Shown: piece by piece, positions 53,780-64,000 of the stretch
Numbering within the stretch: position 1 is the stretch's first letter
Layout of the letters: the number at the start of each line of letters is the position of its first letter
Source of the DNA: Tubiluchus corallicola
Lineage: Eukaryota; Animalia; Priapulida
Assembly (NCBI GenBank): GCA_030141605.1
Contig: JAQGDQ010000722.1
Location: 1-64,000, forward strand
Reading direction: 5' to 3'
Length of the DNA stretch: 64,000 nt
Position numbers and translations under genes: made by a program
The notes under the pieces: model-generated
What the model was told of the DNA's origin: nothing
Database searches by the model: none
The model's input: only the letters and a program-made list of their open reading frames with translations

Positions 53780-56700
53780 CTTCGTTATTATTTTACAGTG
53801 GTAATTTTTTCTAGTCAGTCATTTTGTGCACAAACTAGAAGTTGAGTTGGTGTGACAATATTTTCCGTCCATCATGCCATCAGTTTCCCTCAATTTGCGT
53901 TATTAGTCAATGTTGCAAGTCGTGGGTGCTTGTTGCTATCATGGTCTGATATCTATCTGATCTATCTGATTGGATGATCAATTTGTCAACCAAAGGCAGA
54001 CTTAGAAAAAACCTTATTAATTGGAATAGTCAAAGAATACTATGTACTAACTAAGTAGTTCTTTGTTTACTTCATAAACTTGAGTTATACTGCTTTTGGC
54101 ATTTTTCTCGATTCTATTGCCGAAATTTTCCATACTAACCACAATTGGTTTTGTTCGCAGGGGGCGCTGTACTGGATCCACCTCTGCAAGTACCATCAAT
54201 TGCTAAGCTGCAGACGACGGACAATACACATATATATATCATAAACTATTTAAGAAAAATACACCCAAATGAGCTGCCACTACCATACGTGTTCGGCAGA
54301 CACAAAGAAAGAGACAAATTACAACACATACTGCTGGTCGTACGTTATTTATGATTCTTCGTGGCAAATGTGTCAATTATAGTGATTGGACGATGGTGGA
54401 ATTATATGTATTTATTACGTTGTCGTATTACGTTATCGATGCCCATACGAAACATTGTTCATAATACAAATGAATGTAATGCGGCTAGCATAAACTATGC
54501 TCTAGTAGCTCTGTAGCTGATAACATCAAAAAAAGAAGCCATTTATAATATCCATAATGAGCAATTCAACACTTTCATCATTTATTTTTGTTCATTCAAA
54601 AACGATTATTGTTGCTCCATTGACAACTTCTGTTTATAGCTCTCGATACATATTTATTTACTTTTCAATACAAACCGGATTTAATACAAGGCCAATTTTA
54701 GCTATAAGTAAATCCTAGAGTATACAAAACATGAATTTTATAAAACACCAGACAAATGATGGCATTAGTAAGTTCACATCTAAAAAAGAAATTGTTGGCA
54801 ATAACTTTTAATCGCAGTGACTGTTAACATCTATCACCATGACCCATTTGCAGTGATATAAAATATGGAATAAAGCCTATTTTGGATTGTTTGTACATTT
54901 TATTTTCGCACAAAATTCACCAATAGATAGTGACACTGTGAGCATTCTGACTTGTTTTTATGTGTCCACCTTTCTCATTCTCAATACCAAATCTTTATTT
55001 GAATTTTTTGAATAGTCATTTCTGTTAGCAGTATTTCATGTTCAGAATGTCTATAAGTTTTTTTTTAATTTTAACCTTGTTCTAATCTGTTGTCTTAGTT
55101 CATGCATTTCACCTACTACTATTGTTTGAACTAATAGTTAAATTTTCTATATCTACGAACTTTGTAGTGCTGATTTTAATTCAAACGTGTTACATATCAT
55201 TTTTCAGTTTATCTAAAGGCAACTAAATCTGTCTAATAAAAGACAAGCAAACTTTCTCGATGTACAAGAATGTGTCCAAGGGACCCCTATAGACGTGCCT
55301 AAACTGATTCTGAATGAATCGTTTATTTCAAATATGTATTTATTCGATTACAAAACACACACATTAATTATTTTCATTGTTATTTGGGTGCCACTATTTC
55401 GTCAACTTTTACTATTCTCGCCACAATGTTAGTTATTTCATTTCAAAGTGAAAGAGATATAAACTTATTAGAAGATGTACCACTAAATGGATTTGGTCTT
55501 GTCATAACTTTCATATGAAAGTGAACTGAGACATTTACCTCTTCGAACTCCAGAAGCTAGGCGACGTAAGCAGATTTGATATTAACGTATCAACTGTCAG
55601 ATATGTCTTGATCTATTATTTAGAAATCTTAACTTTAAGACGGGTAAAGTAGCTATAACAGCCACTGAAAACATGATCCTTTTTATTATACACACACTCG
55701 AGTAGAATTCAATACAAAAACGTACAAATTGATTTCTATTCGAGTATGCCAGTGTACAATAAGGCGATCGTGTTCTCAGTGGTTGTTGCAAGGTATTTTA
55801 TTTAACATATCAATTATTACATATAGTTGGTTATCTGATGGCTTACATTATACTTACCATGTTGACATCTTTGAGCTATTCTTGTAAAAGGTGGTACGCT
55901 TTGTATTCTTGTTACGTAAGCTACATTACCTGGCCTCTAACCTAGGTAGTTTTACGGTATTTATAACATTTCATTATGCTTACTGAATTACATGTGACTA
56001 CTTGCAAGTAATAATAAAAGTAATAATAACTTAAATTATTGATATTTAGACAGCAACGTAGTGAGCGGTAAAAGTGATGATATCAACAATGTTCATGCTA
56101 TTTCGTGTTATTGCAAATAAGTGCTGATCTTGGGTAACCTTTTCGCCTACAGACTTCGAGTTCAGTTGAATTTCTATTTCACATTTTAAATCACTTCTAA
56201 CGTAAATCGCAGTAGCATTTCAGTACTAGGCTTAAAACTAATTGCTTAAATATTGCCATTCACTGCTAAAATACTCATTCTAAACAAATAAACTCTAGAA
56301 TGTTACGAATAGTTAGACTTAAACCAGTACGTACTCTACATAATTCTCGGGGCCCAGGGACATTACATCCGTTGTGAAACCTGATTTATCCCCTTCCCTT
56401 ATTTTGAAATGTCAGCTAATAATTTTTTCACCACCATACTTGTCAGCTGCAATTACAAAAAGAAAACTAAATTTTCTTTTTAAAATTAATCAAATCAAAA
56501 AGCCATGTGCATATTTCAGCAATAGTTTTTAATAAGATACCTTTAATATGTTGTTAGGGAGGACAGTTTATTAAACACCATCAAAAAGGGTTGACAATAA
56601 AAGTTGATGGACATTGAAATGATTGCAACGCAAATTTTCTGTTGAATTTTAATGTGCATCCTATTTAACCTGCACACAGAAAATCCTGCGTATATTGATT

Positions 56701-57029
56701 TTTCATTTACATTAACACACAGAGTACATGTGCAGAGTACACAATCTTTCCATTTTGAACTTTCAGTTCTGAATAAAGTCTTCCCCAATTTTCCCCTTAG
56801 CGAAACGACCCCAGGTTTTTTCCCAAGTTTTCCCCGGAGAGTCAAGTGTCTGCCATACATGACTAACTTAAGCTCATGCTGACTAATCAATGAATAGGCC
56901 TATTCGTTAGCAATTAGCACATGCGCCTACTCTTTAATGATCAACAAGTAAGCCGAATGATCTCCGGACTCTGGCTAATGGAACTGGGGCCTTGCAGTCT
57001 ATGTAGTAAGCAACAAACAACCTAGTCAT

Positions 57030-57170
57030 TATTAATCAACAGATAGTCCTAGTGTTTAATAGTCTATGCATAGGCCTACACATTAATAATCAACAATAGG
57101 TCCACTCATTAATAATCAACACATAAGCCTACCTCATTATTATTCAGCACATAGGCCTACTGATTAATCT
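57030..57170. repeat. degenerate ~26-bp minisatellite (attaataatcaacacataggcctact)
   Basis: 4-5 imperfect units downstream of gene B. Confidence 0.55.
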
Positions 57171-57336
57171 TCAAACGTTCTGAATTGATGGCTTGCAAGA
57201 GATGTGTGGCAATACGAATCTGCCCTGTATTTCAACTTATTTAAATTATGGTTGCTCACCACATCATATTATATTTTTACAGTGATTTCAGTATCACAAG
57301 CTACTAAAAGAGGTATCCAGCAACGATTGGCCCTTC

Positions 57337-57499
57337 CTATGTCGTGTCATCTCTTTCGTTGTGGTACACGTCGATGACTGCTTCCAGTAAATCTCTTAGG
57401 GCAATTTTCTCCTTTGTATTCATAGTTTCATCAACGTCATCTAGCAAAGATACTTGAGAATCAAGGGTTTCCTCATTGATGTCTGGCACCAATGGTCGC
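57337..57499 (-). CDS. Gene B, last exon: (W)RPLVPDINEETLDSQVSLLDDVDETMNTKEKIALRDLLEAVIDVYHNERDDTT*
   Basis: Acceptor atcttgcag| ends at 57500; 163 nt = 1 + 54 codons open, fits the phase-2 donor TG|GTTCGT at 58301; acidic C-terminal propeptide. Confidence 0.75.
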
Positions 57500-58301
57500 C
57501 TGCAAGATTACGAAATTATGAAATTTCACAATGAGTCTTCCATAGTCAGTCTTATAACTAAAGTATAATTACGATTATTAATAATTTTAGACTTCATTTA
57601 CTTGTAATATGGCCTGACAACAATATTGCCAACGCTCTATGTTAACGATATTAGTGATCGTCTGTATACGATACTAAAACGCCCTTTGGGTATGTTCTGT
57701 ATTATTGCCAAAATGGTTGTGCCTGCATAGGGCCCTTTAAAATTTCACTATTTGCTGATTGCATTTCAGTTTGACTCAAGTTCAAAGTTTCTAAGGAAAT
57801 CACTGCTATGAGGAAAATTACAACGATGAGGACTGTATAGTAAGTATCAGTGCCTATACTGACGTCACTAAAAGCAGTTATTAGAGCAACACCAACAGCA
57901 ACAGCGACAGCACTACCACCACTACCACCACCACCATCACCAACCACCACTAACAACAGCAACAACGACGACAACGACGACAACAATAACAGCAGCAGTG
58001 TTTGTAATGATGAGGACGCATTAGCAACAACATGGCATAGCCTTAGCGTGTGACATCTGTAACAAAAATAACAGTAGTCATATCTTTATTCGTGTGACAG
58101 CAGTAATCTCTCAAAGTATTAGTCTTTTTGCATCCAAAATAAATTATTTATCACATATACTTGTTGTATATAAGCAATAATTATTGCGTAGAAACAGACC
58201 TGTTGAGGAAAAACAAAGCCTGATACATTGTGCAATTACATACTCCATCGCCTAAAATGAGAATGCTTATTACAGAATTAATAATTAATAAAGCAACGAA
58301 C

Positions 58302-58486
58302 CATTTGTCTAGTAAAGGTTTATAGTGGTCAGGTAGCGCCCTCTTCTGAGAGAAAAACTGAAAATTGCAGCGACATCTTTCGCTGGGAATCCTTAACAAG
58401 CAAATATCTCTGCAGCGCACGGCAGCCGTCAACGGTGCAAAGATAACGAGAAAGAGGGAAACGAAAACGACAATCTGTTGCTGCAT
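58302..58486 (-). CDS. Gene B: secreted prepropeptide, predicted mature peptide VRCRDICLLRIPSERCRCNFQFFSQ (apparent paralogue of gene A)
   Basis: Signal peptide MQQQIVVFVSLFLVIFAPLTAA directly followed by C-x3-C-x8-C-R-C...FSQ-KR; acceptor ttttcag| at 58496, 9 nt before the ATG, implies an upstream non-coding exon. Confidence 0.86.
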
Positions 58487-58544
58487 TATTGGTATCTGAA
58501 AAATAGATATATTTGGATTACAATTTACATTTTCGCATACTAGA

Positions 58545-58885
<341 letters not shown>

Positions 58886-61668
58886 TATGCTATCCAGTGG
58901 AAGCCGTTTCTACCAGCAATGCTAAGGTAGTTAGAACGTTAACCTAAACCACTTTTCAGTCACCGATCGATCCTGAAGAAAGCTACAAGTGATTCAACCG
59001 GTCCAAGAAAAGACCACATAAAACACGTAATCACTACATTTTACGCACAATGGATACTTCATTTTATTGGAAATTTATTTTCTCATATGTGGTCTTGACC
59101 CTTGTGACTCAAAGTAAAGTAGAATTAAATTTTACAAGTATAACACTCTTCATGTAGAAATCTAATAGCTATTCTGCCAAATAATAAAACACATGCAACT
59201 TCTGCAAATAAAATTATTAACAGTCCTGAAGCCCTTTTTGAAAGCCCTTATCATGGACTCCCAATAAAGAATCCCTGCTTTACGACTTACTAAAAGCACA
59301 ATCAGTTTCATAGTTATGAGAATTATCCATCGTTTTCAGAAAACATAATATGAAATGCAATAATACGCTGAACGCACTTTTTAAAGTAAAATGAAAACCA
59401 AAAGAACATCTTCTGCTGATGAATCTGCGTTATGGCAACAATTGTTTTAATTTCCTATTTTCTGTACGTAGCTTGAAGCTATTTAGATATAGCTTTTATA
59501 ACTGCGCTGCAGTAAAATGAAACGTCGTTTTGTGATCAAGCTATTTAGTTCTTTAAATATAATACCCTACAAAAGCAATTATCAGAACTTTATTCGGTTA
59601 AATTCCTTGTGCACCAGTTTTTTTATTCCCAATACCCAAATCATCAAATCTTTACACAAATTACACGCATAAAACAAATAAACATAAAATATAAAACTGC
59701 ATCAGTCATCAAAGTGTTCATAAAAGGCGTTAACGATTTGCATTTGACAGCTACGAAGTTTTTTTGTTGAAGAAGCCTTTTCTAAAATGAATTGCAACTG
59801 TATCTGTGTTTCATTTTTCCAAACATGTTCAAGTGAATAAGCAAATATACATACTGGCAAATATGTATAAGTCTATACTTAAGGCCATAAGCTGCCTTAT
59901 AGTTAGGCTTATAGTTTTGCCAACTAAGTTGAACTAATGCCGATTGGGCAAATCGTACGATCGATTTGGTAGGATTTCAATTTTACTGAACAAAACATCC
60001 AACGCGTTTTTCGAGAGAAATCTTCGCAGTTCATTTTTACAGTACTTTATCTGCTGTACCGAAATTATCGCACATTTAACAAAAATGTAAACATTATACA
60101 CACTCTTTTCTCAACTGAACAACTTTTATGGCTTTTAACCATTATAATTTTAATTACTATACCCCGTGGAGTTGCAGCAAAACGTGAAACGTTTGGAAAA
60201 TATTGCAGACATTGCGAAACTGCGCCATTAAACGTTGTAGAACATCCTGCACTGAGCGCTAACTTATTCAAAACCTGAGTGCATTATCCTAACTGTGACA
60301 ATCAGCAGTCTGGTTAATCATGTGGGCTTCAATCCTATTGTGGAAGCCAGCCAGGTACATAACGCTCACATACAGGTGAAATGTGAAAGTTATGTTTATC
60401 ATTACCAGACCATTATTGCGTATTCAAAATTTCCACACAAGGGAGATTGAAACCTGTCTATGTTTGTTTGACCAATTAGACCTCATTCAGAGGTTGCCAT
60501 TTTCTAGCTGCTTTCCGGATGCCATTTCCTAGCCACTTTTGTGGCTCTTTTGTTCAATTTGAATTAAAAAACCAGTGGGACATGTTTCAGCATTGTGCCC
60601 TCTTAAAATTGTTAGTAATTCCAAAAGGTTGCATAAGTTCATCGATTACGTAAATATGCATAACAAATCTTGTTTACTACCACGTGACTCTATTGGTGTT
60701 GCTCAGTGGAATAACGAAATGCTATTGGCAACTTGCGCTAGAGAACATTCAACCGGTACGCATTATATACGCAAATGTATTATCACATTTCCATTATACT
60801 GCAAAATTACAAAATCAGTTATATTGGCTGTTTGCTCATAAACTTCAGTTAAGATTATTAATTTCGTGCAAAACAAGCAATTAACATTTTAATTTCAATC
60901 ATCCAGTAATCAACCGTCACATATAAACTTCACTGCGTTCTTCTTATAGTATTATTAAAATCGGCTTGTTTGTCGGGTTTTGTGTCTGTTTGTTTGTTTG
61001 TTTGTTTGTTTTGCTTGTCTCGTTAATTCAGCTACGCACGACAGCAAATAGTAACTTATTAATACTAGGTCTATAAATACAATCTATAGCGAAATTTTTT
61101 CAAACGTTAACTTTAGAGAGTATACTCTACTCTGAACGTTAACTCGAGACAAAAAAATCATGTTGAATTTACGCTACCATGTGAAAGGGCACTTTATTTA
61201 AACAAGTTTTCAAAGATTTAGTAAAACTTTATCATTATAAGTACTTGTAACTAATTACTGAAAATAAGATTGACCAGAACCTCAAGTTTGAGATTTTCCG
61301 AAACTAGTCCACATTGCTGAAACACCCGTGACACCTGAGGAAACGTAAATCTTTCCTTTTTCCTCGTGGGAACTGACTGATGACGTTGTTGCTCCGTAAA
61401 ATTCTTAAACTTCGAGAAAATGCTACAAAAATATTCTTGTTGACACTTCACCATTTTCATGCATTACATGACATGCGGTCCTAAAGGGAGTTTCTACATT
61501 GTACAGCTGCAACTAGGGCTACTGGGTTTTTAGACTATTACGACAAACGATTGTTTAAATGTTGAACCACATAAGGTAATATCAAGCACAATTTGACAAA
61601 GTAAAAACTTTCATTAGCATTCATGAAGATATGAAAACGTGTATGCCTAGTTTGCATACATATTTTTC

Positions 61669-61699
<31 letters not shown>

Positions 61700-63589
61700 C
61701 GAATTATATATATATATCGTACACGAATTCTATGTAGGCAAACTAGGCATACACGTATATATATATATATGAGCCACGTGACTCAAAAATGCGCCGAAGC
61801 TGTTAAAATTTACAGCTCTTAAAGGTTCTCTAACTTCTGTTACTTCAATAATATTTTCAGTAGATGGCAATGCCAGGACTTAACAGTGTAGGCAATACAC
61901 ATAGCGTGGCGGCATCTAGTGACAACAATAAGAAAGCATCATAATCTCGCATTTCCATACTTGTTTCCATTTTTACGTGTCTCGGTGCAATCTTAATTTT
62001 GCTTGAAAGCATAATAATTTGCATTAATCAGATAAGGGATTTTATGTTAACTTTTCACTTGCTGTGGCCACTTTATAGCTTTCAGGGGTTAGTCTACGTT
62101 GTTTTTGTTTTACAGTAGATTGCTTTGCAGTTTAGAATTTTTTACAAATCGCCCCAAACAAGACCAATGGCTACTCAATGCTACGTACGCATTAGAAAGA
62201 TGAAAATATGAATACAGGTACAGAGAAACAATTCTTGTAACTGACTTGCTTTTGGTATGAAGTATTTGTTAAACTTCTTCTTAAAGCGAAAAAGGTATGG
62301 TTAGCTGGGAATCAATTTTAAAGTAATGAATTCCGCCGATAAGTACACCGAGAGAAGAAACGGCTTACAGATTTATAAACAGTAGTTCTACATTCAAGAC
62401 TAACGATGTAGCGGAAAGCTACGAACAAACAAATTCTCTGCTTTTATGGCTTAATGAGAGTATCTTCTGCAGAAATACCGATAGAAAATGTAACAACTGG
62501 CTTTCAGTGGACAAAGGTCATTATGGCCAACGCCCTACCAACTCTAGTCGAGAGCCGAACCAACATTGACAATACGATCCTGTAAGCTGTTAAGTTAGCT
62601 AAGGTTGTCAATTCGGGAAAGAGAAAGGTAAATTAAAGCGAGAAAACTTTAGATTGTACGGGCACATGAGATCCCCTGGTTTGGAGCACAGGGGTGTTTC
62701 TGGTTCTTCAATGACCACGACAGAAAATTTGTCTCAGTTATGTCTGTGCAAAAATAATGATTACTCTTTCTTAGAAAGTATTCTTCTAAAAGTTGTACTT
62801 GAGCAATTTGTTAAAAAAACGTGTATTTGAAAAAAATATAGACGTGACCTAAGATTTTTAAAAAAAATGCAATAAGGTGTTTTGTTAAAATATTTTGATT
62901 AAAGAAACCTGTATTGATAAAACTGATTTAAAATTGAAAACAGCAATAAGATTATGAGAGCATCCACGTTTGTTTATGCACAATGAGGTTTTTATTGAAC
63001 TAAATCAAAAGCAAGTACAGTTTATGCACAATTAGGTTCGTTTATGCACAGTCAAGATTACCCCAACAAATTGTCACCACACAGACCAGACAGTGAATCA
63101 GACCAACTATATTGTGCGGCTTCTATATTTCAATCAGCCTACACAAAAAAAATTTAAAATATACTACTCAGGTAGGCGAAAGGCAGCTTTCACACTCATC
63201 AGTTTCATGAATTCACAAAAAGCATACAGTAGTTAGCATTAATTGCAAAGTGTTCGGTTTAAGCAATTTGAGAATACTGAAGAGAATACTGCACCTTACT
63301 GTGCAAATTGAAATTTACTGTTGTAAGTTTACGTGGCGCGGGATAATACATAAAATCGTCAGTGGTTACAAATTTCACAATCTCAATTCTCAGCAGATAT
63401 AGGTTTATGATCAGCAAAATTATGACGAAACGTGAAGAAGAGTACGAAGCCATTATACGCGTAATTGCAACTTTTGCGATACAGAAACGTGTATGATAAA
63501 AATTACATGGCTGGCTATGTGTATGAGGGAGGGAGGGTAATTAATTGCCTACGCGTTAGGGAGGAGGCTACCCAACAAGAAATCCATCC

Positions 63590-63685
63590 TTGATGTAGTA
63601 AGTGTAGTGGTAGCATAGCTACCGGAGAGCAGAATGCCCAGGTTCGAGTCCCAGTGGACTGAAAAAATTTTCTAAACTTTTTAAG
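63590..63685 (+). mobile_element. tRNA-derived SINE head
   Basis: GTGTAGTGGTAGCA..AGCAGAATGCCCAGGTTCGAGTCCCAGTGGA with B-box GGTTCGAGTCC; similar to the minus-strand copy at 36550-36640. Confidence 0.6.
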
Positions 63686-63794
63686 ACATGCTTGCTTCGC
63701 ACAAGTAATTAGTAAGTTGGTAGCAATTTACTAAATATTTATTTGAACCGTATCAGTTTTGCAGAAAGAAACTATTAATTATTTCAGATGAAAA

Positions 63795-63906
<112 letters not shown>

Positions 63907-64000
63907 GTTATATAAATATATGTACAAGCATACTGCTGCAATAAAATTAAGTAAAATCTTTTATTTCATCAGTACAGTTGTATATACATTTACGTAATTA

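Noticed and set aside
63259-63453. ORF MASYSSSRFVIILLIINLYLL... as a fourth secreted peptide
   Set aside because: Hydrophobic stretch lacks a clear cleavage site, there are no Cys or repeated motifs, and I found no supporting downstream exon; not fully excluded
63590-63685. Functional tRNA genes (also 36550-36640, 18425-18460)
   Set aside because: A/B-box-like motifs only; no convincing acceptor stem or cloverleaf, so called SINE heads

Overview
AT-rich animal (invertebrate-like) genomic DNA with spliceosomal introns; nothing prokaryotic (no operon, CRISPR, rRNA operon or intact tRNA). Bases 1-7.0 kb are a 108-bp satellite. The rest is littered with decayed non-LTR retrotransposons (RTE-X/L2/CR1-like, Penelope-like), tRNA- and 5S-derived SINE relics, MITE-like elements and microsatellites. 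Four intact-looking multi-exon genes can be rebuilt by hand, all on the minus strand. One is a 4-exon, 288-aa 3-mercaptopyruvate-type sulfurtransferase (46775-49932). The other three are short secreted prepropeptide (neuropeptide-like) genes that the ORF track shows only as fragments. Gene C (17759-43185, ~125 aa) releases ...PWA peptides at KR sites. Genes A (52874-53779, 121 aa) and B (57337-58486, 115 aa) are apparent tandem paralogues releasing C-x3-C-x8/10-C-R-C four-cysteine peptides. The peptide-gene cluster is the main candidate for an undescribed system. Family assignments are from motif recognition only; no database search was run.
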